Positions 37,770 through 48,251 of a stretch of DNA of 64,000 nucleotides are shown piece by piece. How positions within the stretch are numbered: position 1 is the stretch's first letter; each line of letters begins with the position of its first letter. The notes under the pieces are model-generated. The model was given only the letters and a program-made list of their open reading frames with translations, did no database searches and was not told the origin of the DNA. This DNA is from Deltaproteobacteria bacterium (lineage in GTDB: Bacteria > Myxococcota_A > UBA9042 > PHBI01): NCBI GenBank assembly GCA_011526585.1, contig WYBB01000082.1:21294-85293 (forward strand). The letters are read 5' to 3'. The position numbers and the translations under genes were made by a program.

Positions 37770-39329
37770 ATGTCGTCCGCCGGTCTCGAAACCTTTGTCC
37801 GCCTCGCGCGCGAGCACGCCCTGGTGCCGGTCGTGCGCACGGTGATCGCCGATCTCGAGACGCCGGTGGCGGCGTTCTGGAAGCTCCGGCGCGGCCAGGC
37901 GAGCTTCCTGCTGGAGTCGGTCGAGGGCGGTGAGAAGTACGCGCGCTACACCTTCATCGGCAGTGAGCCCGAGCGCGTGCTCACGGCGCACGGCGCGCGC
38001 CTGAGAACCGAGGTCCCGGGCCGGCCCGAGCTGACGAGCGAGGTCGAGGTCGCCGGGCCCCATGGTGGGCTCGGTGCGGTGCTCGATCGCTATCGCGGTC
38101 TCTCGGTCGCGCCCGGCATCGACGGCGACGGCGCGATGGTGCCGCTGCCGCGCTTCTTCGGCGGGCTCGTCGGCGCGGTCAGCTACGACGCCGTGCGCCT
38201 GGTCGAGCCGACAGTGCCCGATCGGCACAGGGGCCCTGACGCGGCCGAGCAGACGCCGGACCTGGTGTTCCTCGAAACGCGCCAGGTGCTGGTCTGGGAC
38301 AACCTCAAGCACCGCGCCATGCTGGTGCACCTCGCGCGCATCGCCGATCCCGATCACGCCGCGACGCAGTGGCTCGAGGTCGAGGCCGCCCTCGACGAGG
38401 CCGAGCGACGCCTGGCGCAGAGCCTGCCGCCGCTACCGTCGAGCCCCGACGCAGCGCCGTCCGAGGTCTACTCGGCGATCGACGACAAGACCTTCGCGAC
38501 GATGGTCGAGCGCGCGCGCGAGTACATCGCCGCCGGCGACATCATCCAGGTCGTGCTCTCGCGGCGCTTCCTGCAGGCGCGGCGCGGGCTGCACCCGTTC
38601 CTGGTCTACCGCGCCTTGCGCGCGCTGAACCCGTCGCCCTTCATGTTCTACTTGGAGCTCGGGGAGCGCACGCTCGTCGGCGCCTCGCCCGAGCTCCTGG
38701 TGCGCCGCACCGAGGCGACGCGCTCGGTCGAGGTGCGGCCGATCGCCGGCACCCGCCCGCGCGGGGCCACCGCGGAAGAGGACGCGCGCTTGATGGAGGA
38801 CCTCCGCAACGACCCCAAGGAGATCGCCGAGCACGTGATGCTGCTCGACCTCGGGCGCAACGACATCGGCCGCATCGCCGAGCCGGGCAGCGTCGCCGTC
38901 GACGAGGTCATGGTCTTCGAGCGCTACAGCCACGTGACCCACCTCGTGTCGCACGTGCGCGGCACCCTCAGGCCCGAGGTCGGGCCGGCCGAGACGCTGG
39001 CCGCGACCTTCCCGGCGGGCACGCTCTCGGGCGCGCCGAAGATCCGCGCGATGCAGATCATCGATCAGCTCGAGACGTCGCGCCGCGGGTTCTACGGGGG
39101 CGCCGTCGGCACCATCGGGGTCGACGGCAACATGGATCTGGCGATCGCGATCCGCACGCTCATCGCCGACGACTCGACCTTCGCGGTGCAGGCCGGCGCC
39201 GGGATCGTCTGGGACTCGATCGGGCAGAGCGAGGCCGACGAGTCGCGCAACAAGGCCAACGCGGTGCTCCAGGCGATCGATCAGGCGCGGCGCGTCTTCG
39301 TGCGCACACACCGGGAGGGTGCGCGATGA
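37770..39329 (+). CDS. trpE: anthranilate synthase component I
   Basis: 519 aa. [17 protein letters not shown] and chorismate-binding C-terminus [20 protein letters not shown]. Confidence 0.93.
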   Translation: MSSAGLETFVRLAREHALVPVVRTVIADLETPVAAFWKLRRGQASFLLESVEGGEKYARYTFIGSEPERVLTAHGARLRTEVPGRPELTSEVEVAGPHGGLGAVLDRYRGLSVAPGIDGDGAMVPLPRFFGGLVGAVSYDAVRLVEPTVPDRHRGPDAAEQTPDLVFLETRQVLVWDNLKHRAMLVHLARIADPDHAATQWLEVEAALDEAERRLAQSLPPLPSSPDAAPSEVYSAIDDKTFATMVERAREYIAAGDIIQVVLSRRFLQARRGLHPFLVYRALRALNPSPFMFYLELGERTLVGASPELLVRRTEATRSVEVRPIAGTRPRGATAEEDARLMEDLRNDPKEIAEHVMLLDLGRNDIGRIAEPGSVAVDEVMVFERYSHVTHLVSHVRGTLRPEVGPAETLAATFPAGTLSGAPKIRAMQIIDQLETSRRGFYGGAVGTIGVDGNMDLAIAIRTLIADDSTFAVQAGAGIVWDSIGQSEADESRNKANAVLQAIDQARRVFVRTHREGAR

Positions 39330-39946
39330 AGCTCCTGATGATCGACAACTACGACAGCTTCACCTTCAACCTGGTGCAGTACCTGGGCGAGCTCGGCGCC
39401 ACGGTCGAGGTCGTGCGCAACGACGCCCTGAGCGTCGCCGACGCGATCGCGCGGCGGCCCGACGCCTTCGTGATCTCACCCGGGCCCTGCACGCCGAACG
39501 AGGCGGGGATCTCGGTCGAGCTCATCCGCGCGGCCTCGGGCCGGATCCCGATCCTCGGGGTCTGCCTCGGCCATCAGTCGCTGGCCGCGGCCTTCGGCGG
39601 CTCGATCGTCAGGACGGGGGTGATCATGCACGGCAAGACCTCGCCGATCAGCCACCGCGACAGCGACGTCTTCAAGGGGCTCGACAACCCCTTCGCGGCG
39701 ACGCGCTATCACAGCCTGATGGCCGACCCGTCCGACCTGCCCGCCTGCCTCGAGGTTACGGCGTGGACCGATGACGTGCTGCCCGACGGCGCGACGCGCC
39801 GCGTGATCATGGGGCTCGCGCACCGCGAGCACCCGACCTGGGGCGTGCAGTTCCACCCGGAGTCGATCCTGACGGTGGCCGGCAAGGCGCTGCTCGGCAA
39901 CTTCCTCGCGCTGGTGCGCGAGCGCGGCGCGGGAGGGCCCTCGTGA
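39326..39946 (+). CDS. trpG: anthranilate synthase component II (glutamine amidotransferase)
   Basis: [30 protein letters not shown] and QFHPES. ATGA overlap with trpE. Confidence 0.93.
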   Translation: MKLLMIDNYDSFTFNLVQYLGELGATVEVVRNDALSVADAIARRPDAFVISPGPCTPNEAGISVELIRAASGRIPILGVCLGHQSLAAAFGGSIVRTGVIMHGKTSPISHRDSDVFKGLDNPFAATRYHSLMADPSDLPACLEVTAWTDDVLPDGATRRVIMGLAHREHPTWGVQFHPESILTVAGKALLGNFLALVRERGAGGPS

Positions 39947-40974
39947 GCGAGCTCATGAAGGAGGCGCTGGCGCGCGTCGCCGGCGGCGCGACCCTGAGCG
40001 AGGACGAGGCGCACGCGGCCATCGCGGCGGTGATGCGCGGCGAGGTGCCGGAGGTGATGATCGCGGCGCTCTTGACGGCCTTGCGCGTGCGCGGCGAGAC
40101 GACCGACGAGCTCGTGGGCGCGGCGCGCGCGATGCGCGATCACGTGGTCGCGGTCAAGCACGGGCTCGCGCGGGTGCTCGACACCTGCGGTACCGGCGGC
40201 GACGGCATGGGCACCTTCAACATCTCGACGACGGTGGCCTTCGTGGCTGCCGCGGGCGGCGCGGTCGTCGGCAAGCACGGCAACCGCGCGGTCTCGTCGT
40301 CGGTCGGCAGCGCCGACGTGCTCGAGGCGCTGGGCGTGAAGATCGACGTCGCGCCCGAGACGATCATCCGTTGCATGCGCGAGATCGGCATCGGCTTCAT
40401 GTTCGCGCCGCGCCACCACGGCGCGCTCAAGCACGCGGCGCCCGTCAGGCGCGCGCTCGGCTTCCGCACGATCTTCAACCTGCTCGGGCCGGTGAGCAAC
40501 CCGGCGCGCGCGACCCACCAGCTGCTCGGCCTCTTCGACGGCGAGCGCCTCGCGCAGATGGCCGAGGTGCTGGCGCGCGGTGGCGTCACGCGCGCGCTGG
40601 TCGTGCACGGGCCGGAGGGTATGGACGAGCTCGGGCTCTCGGGGCGATCGCGCGCTGTCCTGCTCTCGCGCGGCGCGATCGAGCCGCTGCTGATCGATCC
40701 GCAGGAGCTCGGCTTCGCGGCGGCGCCGGCGCGCGCGCTGGGCGGCGGCAACGCTCAGGACAACGCCGCGATCATGCGGCGCGTGCTGCGCGGCGAGCGT
40801 GGACCGGCGCGTGACGTGGTGACGCTCAACGCGGGTGCGGCGCTGTGGATCGCCGAGATCGCCGACTCGTTGGCGGACGGGGTCGCGCTCGCGGCCGATC
40901 TGATCGAACGCGGGCGCGCGCACGAGCGGCTCGAAGCGCTCATCGCGCAGACGCACGCGGGGGGTGAGCCGTGA
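39943..40974 (+). CDS. trpD: anthranilate phosphoribosyltransferase
   Basis: [18 protein letters not shown] and [13 protein letters not shown] start overlapping the trpG stop. Confidence 0.92.
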   Translation: MSELMKEALARVAGGATLSEDEAHAAIAAVMRGEVPEVMIAALLTALRVRGETTDELVGAARAMRDHVVAVKHGLARVLDTCGTGGDGMGTFNISTTVAFVAAAGGAVVGKHGNRAVSSSVGSADVLEALGVKIDVAPETIIRCMREIGIGFMFAPRHHGALKHAAPVRRALGFRTIFNLLGPVSNPARATHQLLGLFDGERLAQMAEVLARGGVTRALVVHGPEGMDELGLSGRSRAVLLSRGAIEPLLIDPQELGFAAAPARALGGGNAQDNAAIMRRVLRGERGPARDVVTLNAGAALWIAEIADSLADGVALAADLIERGRAHERLEALIAQTHAGGEP

Positions 40975-41759
40975 GCGAGAGCGTGCTCGACGCGATCGTG
41001 GCGCGCACGCGCGCGCGCCTGGCCGAGTCACCGCCGGACGTGGCGGTGCTCGAGGCGAAGATCGCCAAGCAGCGCCCGGCCAAGGATGCGTTCTTCGCGT
41101 TGAGCGAGCCGGGCAACCGTATCATCGCCGAGGTCAAGCGCCGCTCGCCGAGCCTCGGGGCGCTGGCGCCCGAGGCGGACGCGGTGGCTGTCGCCAGGCG
41201 CTACGTCGCCGCGGGCGCGGCGGCGATCTCGGTCCTGACCGAGCCGGAGCGCTTCGGCGGGAGCTTCGAGGATCTGCAGGCGGTGAGCGAGGCGGTGCCG
41301 GTGCCGGCCTTGTGCAAGGACTTCATCGTGGATCCGCGGCAGGTGCTGATGGCGCGGGCGCATGGCGCGAGCCTGGTGCTGCTCATCGTGGCGGCGCTGA
41401 GCGACGCCGAGCTGGTGAGCCTGCGCGAAGCGATCGAGAGCCACGGCATGCAGGCGCTGGTCGAGGTGCACGATCGCGAGGAGTGCCGGCGCGCGCTGGC
41501 GACCGGCGCGCGCGTGATCGGCGTCAACAGCCGCGATCTGCACACGCTGACGATCGATCTGGCCGTCGCCGAGGCGCTGCGCGCCGAGCTGCCCGACCAG
41601 GTGATGCCGATCGCCGAGAGCGGCGTGCACGGGCCGGCGGAGATCGCGCGCTTGCGGCGCGCGGGTTATCGGCGTTTCCTCGTCGGGTCGAGCCTCATGA
41701 CGGCGAGCGATCCCGAGGCGCTCTTGAGGGCGATGATCGACACCGGAAGCGACGCATGA
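40971..41759 (+). CDS. trpC: indole-3-glycerol phosphate synthase
   Basis: IIAEVKRRSPSLG, ISVLTEPERFGGS and IGVNSRDL. Confidence 0.92.
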   Translation: MSESVLDAIVARTRARLAESPPDVAVLEAKIAKQRPAKDAFFALSEPGNRIIAEVKRRSPSLGALAPEADAVAVARRYVAAGAAAISVLTEPERFGGSFEDLQAVSEAVPVPALCKDFIVDPRQVLMARAHGASLVLLIVAALSDAELVSLREAIESHGMQALVEVHDREECRRALATGARVIGVNSRDLHTLTIDLAVAEALRAELPDQVMPIAESGVHGPAEIARLRRAGYRRFLVGSSLMTASDPEALLRAMIDTGSDA

Positions 41760-42538
41760 CCCACGACAACGACGATCACGACGACGACGAGGTCACCGGC
41801 GAGGAGGATGCGCCTCGCGAGGAGGCGAGCGCGGCGCGCTTCGCGCCACGTCAGCCCAAGCGCAAGATGCCGTACATCAAGTTCTGCGGCTTCATGAACG
41901 CGCGCGAGGCGAAGACCGCGGTGATGATCGGCGCCGATCTGATCGGCATCAACTTCTGGCCGGGCTCGCCGCGCGCGATCCACTTCAAGCTCGGGCGCCA
42001 GATCCACGAGGCGGTCAAGGCGGCGTCGGCCGAGCGCGGCGGCAAGCGCCCCGCGCGCTCGGTGGCGGTGATGGTCAACCCCGAGCCCGAGCTGGTGATC
42101 GAGATCCTGCGCGAGGTCGAGCCGGACATCCTGCAGTTCCACGGCGACGAGCCGGCGCACGTCTGTCGCTACTTCCGGCACCCGTTCATCAAGGGATTCC
42201 GCGCCAAGGGCGCGGGCGACTTCCAGCTGATCCAGCCCTACCTCGGGGGCTACGCCGTCGGCTACCTGCTCGACGGCGCGGCGCCCGGCGAATACGGCGG
42301 CACCGGCAAGATGGTCTCGCCGGCGGTGGCGACCGATCTCTTCCAGCGCTTGCCGCGTGGCTTCCTGGCCGGAGGGCTGGCGCCGAACAACGTCGCCAAC
42401 CTGGTCAGGCAGACGCGGCCCTACGGCGTCGACGTGGCGAGCGGCATCGAGGTGCGCGCGGGCGTCAAGAGCCCGGAGCTGATGGCGGAGTTCGTGCGCG
42501 AGGTGCGCGCGGCCGTCGAAAATCCCCTGAACATCTAA
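41756..42538 (+). CDS. trpF: phosphoribosylanthranilate isomerase with acidic N-terminal extension
   Basis: Core begins MPYIKFCGF (ATG 41867). ATG 41756 overlaps the trpC stop (ATGA) and adds 37 aa rich in Asp/Glu/His. The start is therefore uncertain. Confidence 0.8.
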   Translation: MTHDNDDHDDDEVTGEEDAPREEASAARFAPRQPKRKMPYIKFCGFMNAREAKTAVMIGADLIGINFWPGSPRAIHFKLGRQIHEAVKAASAERGGKRPARSVAVMVNPEPELVIEILREVEPDILQFHGDEPAHVCRYFRHPFIKGFRAKGAGDFQLIQPYLGGYAVGYLLDGAAPGEYGGTGKMVSPAVATDLFQRLPRGFLAGGLAPNNVANLVRQTRPYGVDVASGIEVRAGVKSPELMAEFVREVRAAVENPLNI

Positions 42539-43714
42539 TTACTTACGAAGGCGCCCCACCTCGGTGACGACGCGCGCGGCGGCTCGGTCGATCTCGTCGG
42601 CGGTGGTGGCGCGGCCGAGCCCGAAGCGCACCGCCGAGAAGATGCGCGCGTCGGGCAGCCCGAGCGCGCGCAGCACATGGCTGCCGTCGAGCTTCTGACT
42701 CGAGCAGGCGCTGCCGGAGGAGACGGCGACGTCGTCGAGCGCTTGCAGGAGCTTGAATCCCTCGACCCCGGGGAAGCTGACGTGGAGGTTTCCGGGCAGG
42801 CGCGGCTCGGGGCCCGGGCTCTGGTCGTCGGCGGCGCCGGTGACGCGCACCGCGCCGAGACCCGCGCGCAGGCTGGCGAGCAGGCGCGCACGCAGCGTGG
42901 CGAGGCGCGCGGCCTCCTCGGGCAGGAGCGTCGCGGCGAGGCGGCAGGCCGCGCCGAAGCCGACGATCCCCGGCACGTTGAGGGTACCGGCGCGGAGCCC
43001 GCGCTCCTGGCCGCCACCTTCGATCTGCGGCACGAGCTGGATCTCCGGCTCGCCGCGTCGGTGCTTGATCCACAGCGCACCGACGCCCTTGGGGCCGTAG
43101 AGCTTGTGCGCGGTGAGCGCGGCGAGATCGGCGCCGAGCGCCCCGAGATCGAGCGCCACCTTGCCGGCGGCCTGCGAGGCATCGACGAAGAAGAAGGCGC
43201 CGGCGGCGTGCGCGACCTCGGCGATCGCGGCGAGCGGCTGCACGGTGCCGATCTCGTTCTGCGCCGCCATGACGGCGACGAGGAGCGCGCCGTCGCCGAG
43301 GGCGGCGCGCACGGCGGCGGGCTGGATGAAGCCGGCGGGATCGGGCACGACCAGCGCGAGCTCCCAGCCCTGGCGCGCGAGCGACCTGGCGGTGTCGAGC
43401 ACCGCCTTGTGCTCGAAGGCGGCGACGACGAGGCGGCGTGGGCGATCGGGGTAGGCGGCGGTGAGGCCTTTGAGTGCGAGGCTCACCGACTCGGTCGCGC
43501 CCGAAGTGAAGGTGATCTCGCGCGGCGTGCCGCCGATGAGCGCGGCGACCTCGGCGCGCGCGATCTCGGTCGCCTCGTAGGCCTGCTTGCCGAGGGCGTG
43601 CGTCTTTCCCGAGGGGTTACCGAAGTGGGTGCCGAAGTACGGCAGCATCGCCTCGATCACCCGCGGATCGGTGGGCGTCGTCGCGTGGTGGTCCAGATAG
43701 ATCATGGACATCAT
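42539..43714 (-). CDS. cysteine desulfurase (NifS/IscS-like, class V aminotransferase)
   Basis: IYLDHHATTP, TAHKLYGPKGVGAL (PLP Lys) and SSGSACSS (active Cys). Confidence 0.9.
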   Translation of the reverse strand: MMSMIYLDHHATTPTDPRVIEAMLPYFGTHFGNPSGKTHALGKQAYEATEIARAEVAALIGGTPREITFTSGATESVSLALKGLTAAYPDRPRRLVVAAFEHKAVLDTARSLARQGWELALVVPDPAGFIQPAAVRAALGDGALLVAVMAAQNEIGTVQPLAAIAEVAHAAGAFFFVDASQAAGKVALDLGALGADLAALTAHKLYGPKGVGALWIKHRRGEPEIQLVPQIEGGGQERGLRAGTLNVPGIVGFGAACRLAATLLPEEAARLATLRARLLASLRAGLGAVRVTGAADDQSPGPEPRLPGNLHVSFPGVEGFKLLQALDDVAVSSGSACSSQKLDGSHVLRALGLPDARIFSAVRFGLGRATTADEIDRAAARVVTEVGRLRK

Positions 43715-43772
43715 GGTATCCGTCCGACGCCGTGCTTGACACCCCCGGGTGCGTGTTCAAAGGAGTGACGCC

Positions 43773-44906
43773 ATGGCACTCGACGAACAGACCGTGCTCT
43801 CTGCGCTCCGGACCGTGCACGATCCGGATCTGCGCCAGGACCTCGTGACCCTCGGCATGATCCGCGACCTGGCGATCGACGGCGACCGCGTCTCGTTGCG
43901 GGTCGTGCTGACGACGCCCGCCTGCCCGCTCAAGGACAAGATCCGCGGCGACGTCGAGGCGGCGCTCGAGGGCGCCGGCGCCCAGGCGATCGCCATCACC
44001 ATGGACGCCGAGGTCAGGCGCGCGCCGAGCGCGCAGGCCGCGGGACCGCGGGGGCCGGGCGCGGTCACGCAGGGCGAGCGCATGCCCGGCGTGCGTGCGG
44101 TGATCGCAGTCGCCGCCGGCAAGGGCGGCGTCGGCAAGAGCACGGTCGCGACCAACCTCGCCGTCGCGCTCTCGAAGCTCGGCGCCAGGGTCGGGCTCCT
44201 CGACGCGGATATCTACGGGCCGTCGATCCCGATCATGCTCGGGCTCAAGGGCGCGCGACCCTCGATGAACGCCGAGGAGAAGATCGCGCCGCTCCAGCGC
44301 TATGGCCTCGCCGTGATGTCGATGGGCTTCATGCTGAGGGAGGACCAGGCGGTCGCCTGGCGCGGGCCGATGCTCGGCAAGGCGCTGCAGCAGTTCATCG
44401 AGGACGTCGACTGGGGGGAGCTCGACTATGTCATCGTCGACATGCCGCCGGGCACCGGTGACGTGCAGCTCTCGCTCGCGCAGCTCCTGCCGGTCGCCGG
44501 CTGCGTGGTGGTGACGACACCGCAGGACGTCGCCTTCGCCGACGTCAAGCGCGCCATCGCGCAGCTCGAGCTGACGAAGACCGAGGTGCTCGGCCTGGTC
44601 GAGAACATGGCCGGCTTCGTCTGCGGCCACTGCGGCACCGAGCACGCCATCTTCGGTGAGTCGCGCATCGCGCAGCACGCCGCCGCGATGGAGCTCGAGA
44701 TCCTCGGGCGCCTGCCGCTCGACGGGGTCACGGCGATCGCCGCCGATCAGGGCGAGCCGATCACCGTCGCCGCGCCCGACTCGGCGGCGGCGAAGACCTA
44801 CCGCGAGATCGCCCAGGCGGTCGCGCGCAAGGTCGCGATCATCACGCACGAGCGCTCACAGGCGGCGCCGAAGTTCCAGGCGTTCTTCGCGCACAAGGGC
44901 TCCTGA
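43773..44906 (+). CDS. Mrp/ApbC/NBP35-family Fe-S cluster carrier ATPase
   Basis: N-terminal DUF59-like LRTVHDPDL, deviant Walker A AAGKGGVGKST and FVCGHCG. AAGGAG 7 nt upstream of ATG 43773. Confidence 0.9.
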   Translation: MALDEQTVLSALRTVHDPDLRQDLVTLGMIRDLAIDGDRVSLRVVLTTPACPLKDKIRGDVEAALEGAGAQAIAITMDAEVRRAPSAQAAGPRGPGAVTQGERMPGVRAVIAVAAGKGGVGKSTVATNLAVALSKLGARVGLLDADIYGPSIPIMLGLKGARPSMNAEEKIAPLQRYGLAVMSMGFMLREDQAVAWRGPMLGKALQQFIEDVDWGELDYVIVDMPPGTGDVQLSLAQLLPVAGCVVVTTPQDVAFADVKRAIAQLELTKTEVLGLVENMAGFVCGHCGTEHAIFGESRIAQHAAAMELEILGRLPLDGVTAIAADQGEPITVAAPDSAAAKTYREIAQAVARKVAIITHERSQAAPKFQAFFAHKGS

Positions 44907-44914
44907 ACGCTCCC

Positions 44915-46738
44915 TCAATCCACCCACTCGGCGCTGCCGCCATCGACGAGGGCCCGCTCGATGCGCACGTCGAAGATCGACTGGTCCGGTCGCAGGAGCT
45001 GGAGCTCGAGCGCTGATCCCGGGCGGCCGCGCAGGAGCTTCACCGCCTCGCCGGTCGACAGGTAGCCCGCGGGCGTGCCGTCGATCGCGATGACCACGTC
45101 GCCGGCGCTGATCCCTGCGAGATCGAGGGGGCCGCCGCGCGCGATGGCGGTGAGCGCGACCCCGAGCGTGCTGGCCTGGACACGCGCGCCGATCCCGCCA
45201 AACGGCGAGGTTCCGTCGCGGTCGGGGAAGCGGTCGGCGAGGGTGGCCCTGGAGATCATCACCACGCGGCCGAGGTCCAGGCGCGTGCCGGGGGACAACG
45301 GCAGGTGGCGACGCTCGTGGCGCGCGTAGCCGGGCGCCCCGATCACGAGATCGGCGCCGGCGCCGAAGGCCAGCTCGACGCGGGCGTGCAGGCGACCCGC
45401 GGCGTCGAGCTCACCCAGGGCGCGCCGACCGTCGACGTCGAGGTTCCAGCCTCCGGCGATGGGGCGCCCATCCTCGCCGACGACCTCGGCCACCAGCTCG
45501 GCGGTCCCCAGCCCGCCGCAGCGCACCTCGAGGCGCGCACCCGGCATCAGCAGCCCGCCGCCACACGGCGAGATCAGGTCGCGCTGGTGCACCTCGACGC
45601 GCCAGCGGCGCGGCGCCAGGACCAACGCCTCGCGCCCGCTGGTGAGCACGCGCAGGTGGGGGTTGTCCTCGGGCAGATACGGCGACTCCCATGGCGCCGC
45701 ATCGGGCGTGGCCACGAGCACCGCGCCCGGCTCGCCGAGCCAGGTCGCGACCAGCACGCCCTGCGCTGCGAGCCTGACGACCAGGGACTCCGCCGCCGCG
45801 TTTGGCGCGACCGTGAGCTCGCCGAGGCCCGCGCGCCCGCCATCGGCGACGAGGCGCAGAGCCGACAGCGGCATGCGCTTGAGCCAGAAGCGCCCGAGCC
45901 GATCGGAGCGCGCCTGGCCGAGCACCTCACCCGCGGGATCACGCGCGGTCAGGGTCGCGTTCGCCACCGGCTGACCGCCGTGATCGATGACCACGCCGGA
46001 GACCCTGCGTCCCTCCTCGAGCGTCAGCGTGAGCTGCCGCTCCTCGCCCGCAGCGAGCGGCTCGATCGGGCGCTCGAGCGCGCCGATCGCGTGAGTGACG
46101 ACGATCTGTCGCGCCTCGAGCCAGAGGTCGGTCAGCACGAACTCACCGTCGGCCTCGGTCACGGCGATGTCCTCACCGAGGACGACCTCGGCGCCGGAAA
46201 GCGGTCGGCCCGCCTCGTCGCGCACGGTCCCGAGGACGGTCGCGCCGGGGCAGATCGAGAGCGCGATCGCGATCGGCCCCGAGACCTGCTCGACCGCGGG
46301 GCCCGGTCTGGCGAGCGTGCCGCGGTGCTCGATCCCGCTCGGCGCCACGCCGCCGCGCGCGCTCACGACGATCTCGCGCGCGCCCTCGGGCACGTCGGCG
46401 CGGAAGACGCCGTGCGCGTCGGCGCGCCCGGCGACGTGCGCGTCACCGGCCGCGATCTCGACCTCGGCGTGCGCGGCCGCGACCCGGTGACAGTCGCGCA
46501 CGGTCAGCGTCACCGCGCGCGAGGTCTCGCGCCGCGCCAACAGTGACGCGAGCGCCCGGCGCTTGCGCGCGTTGACGATCGCCTCGTCGGGCACCTCACG
46601 CGCAGGCTCGAGCGCGGGTGTGGGCGACTCTGCGGTCGACACCTCGGGCTCGTCGGAGGTCGTCGCCGCCAGGGCCCAGACGCCGAGGCCGATCCCCACG
46701 AACCACCACCACCGCACCCGCTTGCCGCCGAACATCAA
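44915..46738 (-). CDS. secreted or anchored protein with carboxypeptidase-regulatory-like repeats and a C-terminal PDZ domain
   Basis: N-terminal hydrophobic helix. Several GxVxDxxGxPhxxAxV-type repeats. The C-terminus LAGISAGDVVIAIDGTP...LLRGRPGSALELQLLR is PDZ-like. Confidence 0.6.
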   Translation of the reverse strand: MMFGGKRVRWWWFVGIGLGVWALAATTSDEPEVSTAESPTPALEPAREVPDEAIVNARKRRALASLLARRETSRAVTLTVRDCHRVAAAHAEVEIAAGDAHVAGRADAHGVFRADVPEGAREIVVSARGGVAPSGIEHRGTLARPGPAVEQVSGPIAIALSICPGATVLGTVRDEAGRPLSGAEVVLGEDIAVTEADGEFVLTDLWLEARQIVVTHAIGALERPIEPLAAGEERQLTLTLEEGRRVSGVVIDHGGQPVANATLTARDPAGEVLGQARSDRLGRFWLKRMPLSALRLVADGGRAGLGELTVAPNAAAESLVVRLAAQGVLVATWLGEPGAVLVATPDAAPWESPYLPEDNPHLRVLTSGREALVLAPRRWRVEVHQRDLISPCGGGLLMPGARLEVRCGGLGTAELVAEVVGEDGRPIAGGWNLDVDGRRALGELDAAGRLHARVELAFGAGADLVIGAPGYARHERRHLPLSPGTRLDLGRVVMISRATLADRFPDRDGTSPFGGIGARVQASTLGVALTAIARGGPLDLAGISAGDVVIAIDGTPAGYLSTGEAVKLLRGRPGSALELQLLRPDQSIFDVRIERALVDGGSAEWVD

Positions 46739-46900
46739 GCCGTCCGCTCCCTCCGGGGACTCGGGCCCAACATCTCACGCGCGAGCGGGATTCCGGAGCC
46801 GCGGGTCGGATCCCCGGCCGACTTTGACCCCGGCTTTACATGAACACGCAACGCTGATGTCGTCACGATGGACCACCCCGACACCCGAGGAGGAGACGTG

Positions 46901-47167
46901 ATGAAATGGTTCTTCGTTCTGTGGCTCTCGAGCCTGCCCGCCTGCGGCGGCGGGTCCACGGCTGTCAAGCCGGACGCCCCCGTGCAGGATGAGACCTCCC
47001 ACGAGGCCAAGCCCGATCACGTTCCCTGTGACCCGGCGCACCCCGAGCTCCCCTGTACGCCGGAGACCCCGCCCGAGCCGCGCCTCGAGGCCAAGCCCGA
47101 TCACCTCCCCTGCGACCCGGCGCACCCCGAGCTCCCGTGCACGCCGGAGACGCCGCCCGAGCTCTGA
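46901..47167 (+). CDS. small lipoprotein with 28-aa tandem repeat
   Basis: MKWFFVLWLSSLPAC lipobox after GAGGAGGAG. Two copies of EAKPDH(V/L)PCDPAHPELPCTPETPPE. Confidence 0.65.
   Translation: MKWFFVLWLSSLPACGGGSTAVKPDAPVQDETSHEAKPDHVPCDPAHPELPCTPETPPEPRLEAKPDHLPCDPAHPELPCTPETPPEL
47003..47161 (+). repeat. 75-bp unit repeated with 84-bp period inside the lipoprotein gene
   Basis: 47003-47077 and 47087-47161. Differences are five synonymous third-position changes plus one Val/Leu codon. Confidence 0.9.
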
Positions 47168-47171
47168 CAGG

Positions 47172-47447
47172 CTACCTCACGCGGAAGGTGACCTTGCCGT
47201 CGCCCAGCATCTCGACGAGGACCCCGGCCGACGAACCGTCGTCGGCGAATGCCTTGCACTCGAAGGTCGCGCCGGGCTCCTCGTAGACCTCGTCCGGGCA
47301 CTCGACCCGGGCTGGGCTCACGCCGGTCTGGGCGCCGAGCTCGGTGGTGATGAAGCGCTCGACCTTGTCGATGTCGAGGGCCGGCCTGACGCTGCAGGCC
47401 AGGAGCGCGAGGCACGCGGACGACGCGAGCAGGTTCTTGAGACGCAT
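47172..47447 (-). CDS. small lipoprotein, DUF4333-like
   Basis: MRLKNLLASSACLALLAC lipobox, then KVERFITTELGAQTGVSPARVECPDEV...FECKA. The long ORF upstream of ATG 47447 is shadow frame. Confidence 0.6.
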   Translation of the reverse strand: MRLKNLLASSACLALLACSVRPALDIDKVERFITTELGAQTGVSPARVECPDEVYEEPGATFECKAFADDGSSAGVLVEMLGDGKVTFRVR

Positions 47448-47522
47448 GGCGAGGACTCCGGCCCGATCGGTATCGGGCGATGACACATGCGCTGATGCTA
47501 CCATGAGGAGAACCGGAGCGAG

Positions 47523-48119
47523 GTGGCGGTCATGCACGACGGGGTGAACATCGGGTTTTCCAACGGCACGACCGACCTCGACGGCATCATCGCGCTGCAG
47601 CGCGCCAACCTGGAGACGACCGTCGGCCCCGACGAGGCGCGACGCGAGGGCTACGTCACGGTGGTCCACACCCGCGAGGCGCTCGAGGCCATGCACGCGC
47701 TGTGTCCGTCGATCGTCGCGCGCGCCGGCGACCAGGTCGTCGGCTACGCGCTGGTCATGCCGGTCGAGTGCCGGGCCTTCGTGCCGATCCTCGAGCCGAT
47801 GTTCGAGCAGCTCGCCGGGCTCGAGGCGCTCCGGGACAAGCGCTACTACGTCATGGGCCAGGTCTGCATCGCCAGGTCCCATCGCGGCCGCGGGCTCTTC
47901 GACGCGCTCTACGCCGCGCACCGCGCGTGGCTCGCCGACCGCTGGGACCTGTGCGTCACCGACGTCGCCGTGCGCAACCAGCGCTCCATGCGGGCGCACG
48001 AGCGCGTCGGCTTCACCCGCCTCGCGACGTACACCGACGCCACCGACACCTGGGCGCTCATCGCCATGCCGCTGGGCGGAGGCTCGGAGCGGCCAGGAGA
48101 GCCGGGGCGATCGCCGTAG
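47523..48119 (+). CDS. GNAT-family N-acetyltransferase
   Basis: VVGYALVMP...IARSHRGRGLFDALY...NQRSMRAHERVGF. GTG 47523 or ATG 47532. Confidence 0.7.
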   Translation: MAVMHDGVNIGFSNGTTDLDGIIALQRANLETTVGPDEARREGYVTVVHTREALEAMHALCPSIVARAGDQVVGYALVMPVECRAFVPILEPMFEQLAGLEALRDKRYYVMGQVCIARSHRGRGLFDALYAAHRAWLADRWDLCVTDVAVRNQRSMRAHERVGFTRLATYTDATDTWALIAMPLGGGSERPGEPGRSP

Positions 48120-48251
48120 GCGCTGCGGATCTATCGAGATCTCTTGATGATCACGCGAGAGAAAACTTGCGTGACGATCGATCGCGCTTAGGATGCGCTG
48201 ACCTCGATCCCTCGCGTGCGCGTCGTCGTGCCGGGGCGGGGCGTGGAGCCG

